Virus record (IMG/VR): IMGVR_UViG_3300042289_000986
Coordinates: 147,588 to 211,587 of that record
Strand: one strand, 5' to 3'
Length of the DNA stretch: 64,000 nucleotides
Shown here: piece by piece, positions 28,421 to 37,289 of the stretch
Layout: every line of letters starts with the position of its first letter
How positions within the stretch are numbered: the stretch's first letter is position 1
The notes under the pieces: model-generated
What the model was told of the DNA's origin: nothing
The model's input: the letters and a program-made list of their open reading frames with translations, nothing else
The model's database searches: none
Made by a program: the position numbers and the translations under genes

Positions 28421-29251
28421 TCAAGGAGGGGGTAATACAGGTGTATCATCTTGCATAAGTCTGTCATTATCTTCAGTTAATATATATCCAAACATATTAT
28501 CTAATAACAAACCAAACAATGTAGTTGATACATATTGTTGTGGTTGATTTAAATCAAACAACTCAGTAGAACCAAAAAATGTATTATTAACATTAGTCAG
28601 TGTAATTTTTGTTATTTTTCCAGTAATTGTTAAAACGTAATTTGATTCTCCAATATTATTAAAATATGTATTTGTTGGAAATTGATGTAAAATATCATCA
28701 TTTGAACCCCATATATTTTCACCACCACTTAAATAAAAAATAATTGTTTTTCCAGTTGTAAAATTAACATAAGAATATACTTCTCCTTGAACGACACTCC
28801 GAAAAAACACATTTCCTTTGGAAGCATCAATAATATATGATCCTCCTGAAGATAAGGAAAAAGAAGTAACTACATTAGAATAAGTCCAAAAAGATGAATT
28901 AGTGTTTACTAAAGAATAAACACTGTTCCAATTAGAACTTAATGCACAAACAGTACTTGTCGAAGATGTCCATTGTGAACTTAAATTCCCAACTAAAGTT
29001 AAATCAGCACTATTACCACCAGTACCCGTTGATTTTAAAATTAAATCGGTGTTTTGTATACCATTTTTATACCAATATTCAGTTACACCAACACCAACAG
29101 CAGAAACACCTACCGTTAAACCAATTCTTCTGACATTTGGGTTAATATTATCATTGGCATCATTAATAGAAGACCAAGGACCGTAACGCGAATCTACGTT
29201 CGCATATGGATCAACTAAATAAATTGGTGCTGATAAGTTAAAAGTACTCAT
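28421..29251 (-). CDS. Fibre-associated structural protein
   Basis: N-terminal NVDSRYGPW...EYWYKNGI module shared with 29253..31148; C-terminal ILTEDNDRLMQD. Confidence 0.65.
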   Translation of the reverse strand: MSTFNLSAPIYLVDPYANVDSRYGPWSSINDANDNINPNVRRIGLTVGVSAVGVGVTEYWYKNGIQNTDLILKSTGTGGNSADLTLVGNLSSQWTSSTSTVCALSSNWNSVYSLVNTNSSFWTYSNVVTSFSLSSGGSYIIDASKGNVFFRSVVQGEVYSYVNFTTGKTIIFYLSGGENIWGSNDDILHQFPTNTYFNNIGESNYVLTITGKITKITLTNVNNTFFGSTELFDLNQPQQYVSTTLFGLLLDNMFGYILTEDNDRLMQDDTPVLPPP

Positions 29252-29252
29252 T

Positions 29253-31148
29253 TTATGCTAAAGTAAAATCAATTCTAAGATTAAATGGAACTGATGTGGT
29301 TTGTACATATCTTTTATATGGCCTATCGACGCCACTTGCATCTTTCACGCTAGTTGCACTTAAAGTAAATGCGCTCGTAACGTTTTGGAAATTTTCTGTT
29401 CTTGCTAATATTAAAGATTTATTATCTGGAATAGTTAAAACCGTATTATTTTCTGTCACTTGTATTGAAAAACTATTTACGTTATCAAAACTACTCAAAG
29501 GTAAAGTTCTTAAATTAATTGGTATTATAGCAACAGATCCATAAAATTGAATATATCTTCCCGTGTAAGATCGACTTGTTTCTACCGAATCTGCTAAAAT
29601 TCTACCTCTACTATCAGGATTTCCCAAAATATTATTTAATATCGGTCCATTATTATAAGACACAACATTTTTAAACGTTGTTGTTCCTAGTTCTACAACC
29701 TCGTTTAGAGGATAAACAAAAGAAGCTGGTAATTGTGCTTGTAAAATGTTATTTCTATATAAAGTAAAACTTATTGCCGAACCTGCTAGGTTTTGATTCC
29801 AATTTAAATTTAAATTTTGTACAATAACCTGTCCAACTTCATAATTTGTTGTGTTAAAATTTGTTAAACTTGCTGTTGGTGGCAAATAACCAGTCGGAGC
29901 AGGTACTAACAAGTTTAAATTGTTTTCAATATTTTGAATTTTGAATGCTATAGCACTATTTTGAACCGCATTAGTTGAACTTAAATTTAAAGCACTATCA
30001 TAAATAGAAATTGTACTCCAACTTGATGATAAAGCACACACACTACTATAAACGGAGTTCCAATTTAATCCGTTAATATTAATTAAATTTCTTGCACTTA
30101 ATTCAAAACCACTTGTACTTTGCCAAGTAGAATAAACAGAATTCCAATTAGAAGATAAAGAACAAGTTGTATTAAATGTACTCTCCCATTTTCCACTTAA
30201 ACTGTTTAATTGAAAATTAGCATTTCCAGAATTATTGTTAACCCAAGTGTTTACTTGATTTATATTTGCACTATTATTGTTTACAAATGTTCTTGCAGAT
30301 ATATCGAATGCACTATTGTTATTCCAGCTACTGTAAACACTGTTCCAATTTCCACTATTTGCATTAACATTAGTTAATACGTTTTGTATGTTAGCACTAT
30401 TTGAATTTACATTACTGAAAACACTTTCATATTTTCCACTATTGGTATTGTATATCGTATATACACTTTGATTATTACTACTATTTGTGTTTACATTACT
30501 GAAAACACTATTCCAATTACTACTATTTGAATTTACATTACTGAAAACACTTTCATACTTTCCACTGTTTGTGTTAAAAATAGTATAGTTGCTTTCATAT
30601 TTTGCACTGTTTGAATTTACATTACTGAAAACACTTTCATACTTTCCACTATTGGTATTAAAAGTAGTATAATTGTTTTGATTATTAGCACTATTTGCAT
30701 TTACATTACTGAAAACACTTTCGTATCTTCCGCTATTTGTGTTAAAAATGTTATATACCGAATTTAAATTTGAAGACAAAGAACAAACTGTAAAAAAATT
30801 AGAATTCCATTGATCAGAATTTCCAGTTTTTGCATAAATTATGTTATTGGTGCTAAAGGAACTAGTGGTAGTCAAATTACCTGTTAACGCTCCACCACTC
30901 AAAGGAAGATATCCACTTAAATCAACGCTTTTTATAATTAAGTCGGTGTCAGTTATTCCATTTTTAAAATGATATTCAACAGCACCCGTTGATATTGATG
31001 ATATAGCAACGGTTAAGCCTAATTGTCTCAAACCAGCCGTAACTTCTAATGCACGTTGAATGGTTGGCCAAGGACCATAGCGATAATCTAAGTTAGCCGC
31101 TGGCTGAACTATTCCTATTTTTTTGGCTAATGGAAATGTATCACTCAT
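29253..31148 (-). CDS. Asn/Ser-rich repeat fibre protein
   Basis: 14-aa repeats (YESVFSNVNSNSAN) between conserved N- and C-terminal modules. Confidence 0.7.
   Translation of the reverse strand: MSDTFPLAKKIGIVQPAANLDYRYGPWPTIQRALEVTAGLRQLGLTVAISSISTGAVEYHFKNGITDTDLIIKSVDLSGYLPLSGGALTGNLTTTSSFSTNNIIYAKTGNSDQWNSNFFTVCSLSSNLNSVYNIFNTNSGRYESVFSNVNANSANNQNNYTTFNTNSGKYESVFSNVNSNSAKYESNYTIFNTNSGKYESVFSNVNSNSSNWNSVFSNVNTNSSNNQSVYTIYNTNSGKYESVFSNVNSNSANIQNVLTNVNANSGNWNSVYSSWNNNSAFDISARTFVNNNSANINQVNTWVNNNSGNANFQLNSLSGKWESTFNTTCSLSSNWNSVYSTWQSTSGFELSARNLININGLNWNSVYSSVCALSSSWSTISIYDSALNLSSTNAVQNSAIAFKIQNIENNLNLLVPAPTGYLPPTASLTNFNTTNYEVGQVIVQNLNLNWNQNLAGSAISFTLYRNNILQAQLPASFVYPLNEVVELGTTTFKNVVSYNNGPILNNILGNPDSRGRILADSVETSRSYTGRYIQFYGSVAIIPINLRTLPLSSFDNVNSFSIQVTENNTVLTIPDNKSLILARTENFQNVTSAFTLSATSVKDASGVDRPYKRYVQTTSVPFNLRIDFTLA
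30380..30760 (-). repeat. 42-bp-period coding repeats
   Basis: Recurrent tttacattactgaaaacact core. Confidence 0.8.
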
Positions 31149-33883
31149 GATAAGGTTATAGTAAAGTTGCTGTTATATGGATTAACAGTTGTATATGTAT
31201 ACAACTTATAATCTCTTGGTGTTCCACCAGCATCTGGAACTTGGATTGAAGATAAACTAAATTCAGTTGTAAGAGTTTCAAAACTTCCTGTGATAATACT
31301 TACGAGTTGTTTTGAAGATGGTATAGCTATAGCAATATTTCTAGTGTAAACATAAAATGTAAAACTATTAGTGGTTGTGTAGTTCGATCCTGTTAAATTT
31401 CTAATTAAAGATGGTGTAGCAGGAATAGAATTAACCGATCCAAAAAATTGTCGATAATATGCATTATAATCACGATTGATGCTCTTTGTTCCAGCAGGAA
31501 TTACATCTCTTGCATCTGGTAAACCAAGCGCATTTTGTTTTACTGCGCCCGATAAGTGAGTTACAATACAAGTATATCTAGTCAATCCTAAATCTGCTGG
31601 TTCACTTACATTACGAGTAAATGGAGTAGATTGCTCTTGAACTAATGTAGAATTTTTTTCTAATCTATAATTTGTAGCAGCACCACCATCGTTTTGCGTA
31701 TAACCTAAAACCAAACTTCTTGTTACAGTTTGTCCAACTTCAAATTCTGTTGGACTAAATGTGGTAAGAGTGGCGGCTGGTGCTGTATATGTTGGCGCAG
31801 GAACTAATACGTTTAGACTATTTTCAATTTGTAAAATTCTATTTGTTACGGCACTGTTTGTTACTGTATTTGTAGATGTAGCATTTAATTGTTGATCAAC
31901 ACTGCTTAAAGGAATGAATTTACTGTTACTAAACAATATAGTTGCATACGTAGAACTATTCGAACATACACTACTATAAAGACTGTTAAAGTTGGAAGAA
32001 TTTTGATTTACAAAAGTTCTAGCATTTAAATCCAATGAACTATTTGCATTTGAATTTGTATAAACACTCTCCCATCTTCCAGAAAGTGCTTTTAAATCAG
32101 TTCCTTGATAATTCCAAACTGTCCCTGAATTATTTTGTACTGTAATATAAGTTTCTTGCCAATTACTTGAATTTGAATTTACATTACTAAAAACGCTATT
32201 AAAGTTATCTGATAAAGAACAAACAGTTGAAAAATTACTAACCCAAAATGAAGAATTGTTTAATGTGTTTGTATAGTTACTATTCCAATTAGCACTATTT
32301 GAATTTACATTACTGAAAACATTTTCATACTTGGAAGAGTTTGAATTTACATTACTGAAAACACTTTCATACTTTCCACTGTTTGTATTGTATATCGTAT
32401 ATACACTTTGATTGTTAGCACTATTTGAATTTACATTACTAAAAACACTTTCATATTTTCCACTATTTGAATTAAACGTAGTATAGTTGCTTTCATATTT
32501 CCCACTATTGGCATTAAATCTACTAAAAACACTTTCATACTTGGAAGAGTTAGAGTTTACATTACTGAAAACACTTTGATTGTTAGCACTATTTGAATTT
32601 ACATTACTGAAAACACTTTCATATTTTCCACTATTTGTGTTAAATGTAGTGTAATTGCTACCATACTGTGCGCTATTTGAATTAAACGTAGTATAGTTGC
32701 TTTCATATTTCCCACTATTGGCATTAAATCTACTAAAAACACTTTCATATTTTGCAGAATTTGAATTGTTAGTCGAATAAACACTATCCCAATTTTGAAT
32801 ATTTAAATTATTTCCTAAAACTTTTCCTGATGCACTTAAATCACCAAATATTAAAGTATTACCGACCAAATTACCTTCAATATTAGCTTTTAATGTATCA
32901 ATTTTTAAAGTAGAATCATTAATATCAACATTTTGACCAGAAATTGAACTTAAGTTTGAAAACAAAAACCATTTTTTTGTAAAAGCATCTCTAACTAATC
33001 CTGAATACCTTTGACCTAAGTCAATTGCTGATGTATAACCAACAAAACCAATATCAACAATATCCGCAGGATTTCCAGAAGCCAAATAAATTAAAGAATT
33101 GCTTAATACTAAATCTTCAGTTGTAATTTGGGTCGAAGATCCTAAAAGGAATAAATTTCCACCAATACTAACATCACCTAAAACATAACCACCACTTAAT
33201 GCTAAAAAATTATTAGCAGTATATTGTTTTGTGGCAAAACTACTACTGTTTGAATTGTAGTTTGAATAAACACTGTCCCAATTTGCGCTTGTAGTGTTTA
33301 CTTTAGAGTTAACATTATTGAGATTGGCACTATTATTGTTTACAAAAGTTCGAACATCAACAAAACTAGAACTATTATTGTTAAAAGAACTATAAACACT
33401 ATTCCAAATTGCAGAATTAGAATTTACATTACTAAAAACGCTTTCATATTTTGCAGAATTTAAATTATTAGTCGAATAAACACTATTCCAATTATTAGAA
33501 TATAAATTGACAATAGATTCAGTGTTTTCCCAGCCTGAAGAATTATTAAGCGTGATTGTATAAACACTATCCCAATTTGCAGAGTTTGAATTTACAAAAT
33601 TATAATTTGAAATCCAATTAGCAGAATTTGTATTAACTGTATTAAAAGTATTTTCCCAATTAGCGGATAATGTTCCTGTTTGTAACGGAAGAACAGACTT
33701 ATCTCCTCTTATTATATAAGCAGCATTTAAAGCTGTAACAGAAACAATCTGTCCAACATATGCCGTTGGATTTGTCGCTGCATATGCTGTTAACTGCTGA
33801 TATGTAGCAACAACAAGAGTATCATCAATTGGAAAATTTCCCAATCTTAAAAAATTTGTTGGTAATGATACAGGATCTGCCAT
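31145..33883 (-). CDS. Asn/Ser-rich repeat fibre protein
   Basis: 14-aa repeats, central ADIVDIGFVG..YSGLVRDA beta module, C-terminal domain paralogous to neighbours. Confidence 0.7.
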   Translation of the reverse strand: MADPVSLPTNFLRLGNFPIDDTLVVATYQQLTAYAATNPTAYVGQIVSVTALNAAYIIRGDKSVLPLQTGTLSANWENTFNTVNTNSANWISNYNFVNSNSANWDSVYTITLNNSSGWENTESIVNLYSNNWNSVYSTNNLNSAKYESVFSNVNSNSAIWNSVYSSFNNNSSSFVDVRTFVNNNSANLNNVNSKVNTTSANWDSVYSNYNSNSSSFATKQYTANNFLALSGGYVLGDVSIGGNLFLLGSSTQITTEDLVLSNSLIYLASGNPADIVDIGFVGYTSAIDLGQRYSGLVRDAFTKKWFLFSNLSSISGQNVDINDSTLKIDTLKANIEGNLVGNTLIFGDLSASGKVLGNNLNIQNWDSVYSTNNSNSAKYESVFSRFNANSGKYESNYTTFNSNSAQYGSNYTTFNTNSGKYESVFSNVNSNSANNQSVFSNVNSNSSKYESVFSRFNANSGKYESNYTTFNSNSGKYESVFSNVNSNSANNQSVYTIYNTNSGKYESVFSNVNSNSSKYENVFSNVNSNSANWNSNYTNTLNNSSFWVSNFSTVCSLSDNFNSVFSNVNSNSSNWQETYITVQNNSGTVWNYQGTDLKALSGRWESVYTNSNANSSLDLNARTFVNQNSSNFNSLYSSVCSNSSTYATILFSNSKFIPLSSVDQQLNATSTNTVTNSAVTNRILQIENSLNVLVPAPTYTAPAATLTTFSPTEFEVGQTVTRSLVLGYTQNDGGAATNYRLEKNSTLVQEQSTPFTRNVSEPADLGLTRYTCIVTHLSGAVKQNALGLPDARDVIPAGTKSINRDYNAYYRQFFGSVNSIPATPSLIRNLTGSNYTTTNSFTFYVYTRNIAIAIPSSKQLVSIITGSFETLTTEFSLSSIQVPDAGGTPRDYKLYTYTTVNPYNSNFTITLS
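32280..32790 (-). repeat. 42-bp-period coding repeats
   Basis: Same nucleotide core as 30380-30760. Confidence 0.8.
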
Positions 33884-33884
33884 A

Positions 33885-36869
33885 TTAGATAGTTATAATA
33901 TAAGAAGTTGCCGATCCAAACGGAATTAAAGGTGTGAAATAATACACTCTATAATTAGTTGGAAAAAGATTGTTTGCAGCAGATACGCTGACTGTTGTTT
34001 GTGTAAATGTAGTTTTTACATCGCTTTGAAGCGGTGGATAGAAAATTGTAGTTACTGCTTGAAGAGATGCAGGATATGCAAGTATGACTCTGTTTGCTCC
34101 TGCTGGAACATTTATAGTGAATTGACTTCCATTTTGAGGGTTTAAAAGATTTTGAGTTAAAGCTCTTACTTGTGGTGAAGTTGTTGGTACAAAATTTTGA
34201 ACATCGGCCCCAAAAAATGCTCTTCTTCTACCGTTTAAAGTCATGGATGTCGATACACTATTTTCTGGATCTGGAGTTAGATATATATTATTTCTACTAT
34301 CGTATGGCTGATCACCTTGTCCATAATTACAGGTAACATTATAAACGTTTGATCCATCTAAAATAATTGCTTGAGCAGATGTAGTTGTAAATGTAGAATT
34401 TGTTGTATTTGTTGCGGAGCTAAAAGCAACATAACTCGTTGCTGGACCCGTTCTAAAATTCTGAAACGTATTTGGTTCCCATATACTATTAACAGTTTTA
34501 CCAACAATTTGTCCGCGAGTATAATTTAATGTTAATTGAACTGATGTTGTTCCTATTTCTACGTTTGTTCCATTACCACCATGATTACTTGTAACTGTTA
34601 ACGTTCTGTTTGTAAAAGTTGGATAATAAATTTTTGTTAAAAGTGCTTGAACAAATTGTTGAAAAGTTGTTCCTGCATTAAAAACCTGTGCAGCAGTTAT
34701 TGCACCCACAGACAAATCACTTGTTACGGTAGATGTTAATTTTCCTAAATTTGACCAATCCGAACTTAATCCAGTAGCCAATGAATATATTGAACTCCAA
34801 CTGGCACTGTTTGTATTAACTGTTGTATTTAAGCTAATAATATTAGAACTATTATTGTTTACAAAAGTCCTTGCTGCTAAATCCAAACCACTATTTTGAT
34901 TCAAAGTCGTATAAGAACTATTCCAATTTGCAGATAAACTAAAAACAGTATTATAAACACTATTATCGGCACTAGTAGTTTGTACAAAATTTTGAACTTC
35001 TAATAAGTTTCCACTATTTTGATTCCACGTAGTATAAGCACTATCCCAGTTCGCACTAGTATTATTAGTGACAGAATTTACGGCTAAAATATTTGAACTA
35101 TTACTGTTTACAAAAGTCCTTGCTGCTAAATCCAAACTACTATTTTGATTCCAAGTAGTATAAACACTGTTCCAATTTGTTGATAATGAACAAACAGTAT
35201 TATAAACACTATTGTTAGCACTTGTAGTTTGTACAAAATTTTCAACTGCTTTTAAATTTGAACTAAGATTATTCCAGCTACTATAAACACTATCCCAATT
35301 TCCACTTGTGGTGTTAACTTTAGTGTTAACATTAATAATATTTGAACTGTTTGTGTTTACAAAAGTCCTTGCTGCTAAATCTAAACCACTATTTTGATTC
35401 CAAGTAGTAAAAGAACTATTCCAGTTAGCACTAGTGTTGTTAGTGACAGAATTTACTTGTAATATATTTGAACTGTTTGTGTTTACAAAAGTCCTTGCTG
35501 CTAAATCTAAACCACTATTTTGATTCCACGTAGTATAAGCACTATCCCAGTTCGCACTTGTTGAGTTTACTTTAGTGTTAACATTAATAATATTTGAACT
35601 ATTACTGTTTACAAAACTTCTTGCGGCTAAATCAAATGCACTGTTAGAATTCCAGCTACTATAAACACTATCCCAATTTCCACTCGTTTGAATGACTTTA
35701 CTATTAACTTGTAAAGAATTTGAACTATTATTGTTTACAAAACTTCTTGCGGCTAAATTCAAACCACTATTTTGATTCCAAGTAGTATAAACACTGTCCC
35801 AGTTCGCACTCGTTTGATTGACTTTACTATTAACTTGTAAAGAATTTGCGCTGTTATTATTAACAAAAGTTCTTGCGGCTAAATCAAATGCACTATTAGA
35901 ATTCCAGCTACTATAAACACTATTCCAGTTGGCACTAGTATTGTTAGTAAGTGAATTTACTTGTAATATGTTTGAACTATTTGATAAAACAAAACTTACG
36001 ATTTCATTTTGATCTTCTTCGTTTGCACTAGTTTGATTAATATATGAATAAACACTATTCCATAAATTGGAATTTCCACCTAAAGCATAGATGACATTTG
36101 TTGAGCTTAAAATTGCACTAGTAGAAAGATTACCAATTAAATAACCCCCACTTAGTGGCAAATATCCAGTAACAATATTGACTAAATTACCACCTGCTGC
36201 ATAAGATGCTGAATTTGCTAAAAGATTTGTATAAGCTTGTTGCCAAAACGATGAGTTACTACGAGTTGTACTATAAACAGAATTCCAAATAGCAGCACTG
36301 ACTGTTGAAAGATTAACATAAAATGAAGAACTTTTGGAAATGTTTGTAAATGATTGATTCCAATTTTCATAATTTGAAAGAACTTGTTGTGAAGTAAAAA
36401 TCCAGTTTGCGGAGTTGGTTATTACTAAATTTCCAACAGGTCCAAATTTTAAAATTTTATTTGCAGTGTCAACATAAAATGCATCCTGTGCAGCACTAAC
36501 TAAAGATAAATCACTTTGGTTGGCTTTTAATGCCAAAGCTGTAATTTGTGCTAAAGAAAGAGGCTTATTTAAATCACTGGTATTATCAACTTGATCTAAA
36601 CCAATTTCATCTTTAGTTATGATTACATGACCAATTTTTCCATTAACACTAAAAACAAAACCACCTTGATTTATGTTTATTGTTTCGTTTATATTTAAAT
36701 CCGTTGGATTAATTGAAACGTTTGGTGAAGAAATAGAACTAACGTTTATTATAGATGTATCAATACCATCATTTACATTTACAGATTGATTGGTTGTATT
36801 TGGGTTTGCATTTATTACAACCAAATCTGTAGATGATGGATTAACATTTACTATAATTGAATCACTCAT
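33885..36869 (-). CDS. Asn/Ser/Trp-rich repeat fibre protein
   Basis: About 42-aa repeats (SANWDSVYTTWNQNSGLDLAARTFVNTNSSNI..VN); SVNGKIGHVIITKDEIGLDQVDNTSDLNKP fibre motif. Confidence 0.7.
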   Translation of the reverse strand: MSDSIIVNVNPSSTDLVVINANPNTTNQSVNVNDGIDTSIINVSSISSPNVSINPTDLNINETININQGGFVFSVNGKIGHVIITKDEIGLDQVDNTSDLNKPLSLAQITALALKANQSDLSLVSAAQDAFYVDTANKILKFGPVGNLVITNSANWIFTSQQVLSNYENWNQSFTNISKSSSFYVNLSTVSAAIWNSVYSTTRSNSSFWQQAYTNLLANSASYAAGGNLVNIVTGYLPLSGGYLIGNLSTSAILSSTNVIYALGGNSNLWNSVYSYINQTSANEEDQNEIVSFVLSNSSNILQVNSLTNNTSANWNSVYSSWNSNSAFDLAARTFVNNNSANSLQVNSKVNQTSANWDSVYTTWNQNSGLNLAARSFVNNNSSNSLQVNSKVIQTSGNWDSVYSSWNSNSAFDLAARSFVNSNSSNIINVNTKVNSTSANWDSAYTTWNQNSGLDLAARTFVNTNSSNILQVNSVTNNTSANWNSSFTTWNQNSGLDLAARTFVNTNSSNIINVNTKVNTTSGNWDSVYSSWNNLSSNLKAVENFVQTTSANNSVYNTVCSLSTNWNSVYTTWNQNSSLDLAARTFVNSNSSNILAVNSVTNNTSANWDSAYTTWNQNSGNLLEVQNFVQTTSADNSVYNTVFSLSANWNSSYTTLNQNSGLDLAARTFVNNNSSNIISLNTTVNTNSASWSSIYSLATGLSSDWSNLGKLTSTVTSDLSVGAITAAQVFNAGTTFQQFVQALLTKIYYPTFTNRTLTVTSNHGGNGTNVEIGTTSVQLTLNYTRGQIVGKTVNSIWEPNTFQNFRTGPATSYVAFSSATNTTNSTFTTTSAQAIILDGSNVYNVTCNYGQGDQPYDSRNNIYLTPDPENSVSTSMTLNGRRRAFFGADVQNFVPTTSPQVRALTQNLLNPQNGSQFTINVPAGANRVILAYPASLQAVTTIFYPPLQSDVKTTFTQTTVSVSAANNLFPTNYRVYYFTPLIPFGSATSYIITI
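34800..35980 (-). repeat. About 126-bp coding tandem repeats
   Basis: Recurrent acaaaagtccttgctgctaaatc / acaaaacttcttgcggctaaat units. Confidence 0.8.
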
Positions 36870-37255
36870 TGTGGAATAGGCGAATGTTCAGGTATTTGTG
36901 TCATTACCTCCCAATAATTTTGAGGAAGATTTGAAACAATTGGCCAATGACCCATGAGATATGTTTTTACTTCATTGTTTTGTAATTTTAATCGAATACG
37001 CCATTTATACAAATCAACAGGAATGTTTACCGTGGTGGCTGGAACTGATATTGTTCCATTTAATGGGTTTGTTATTAAAACACCGCTATTTGAAGAATTT
37101 AATGAAAAAACAACAGGACTGTCAATTGATCTTAAAACTTCCATTTCAACAAATGCATTTGTAAGATTTAATGCAGAGTTGTTTCTTTGAAAAGTTATAC
37201 TGTTAATACCTTCCCAAGTATCACCAGTTATGTGTGGCGGAATATCATAAGTCAT
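36866..37255 (-). CDS. BppU-N-like Ig-fold adaptor protein
   Basis: GDTW...ALNLTNAFVEMEV...ITNPLNGTI...YKWRI...VKTYLMG pattern. Confidence 0.55.
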   Translation of the reverse strand: MTYDIPPHITGDTWEGINSITFQRNNSALNLTNAFVEMEVLRSIDSPVVFSLNSSNSGVLITNPLNGTISVPATTVNIPVDLYKWRIRLKLQNNEVKTYLMGHWPIVSNLPQNYWEVMTQIPEHSPIPQ

Positions 37256-37289
37256 ATTCTATACTTATGATTTTAAACTGTATATTTGA

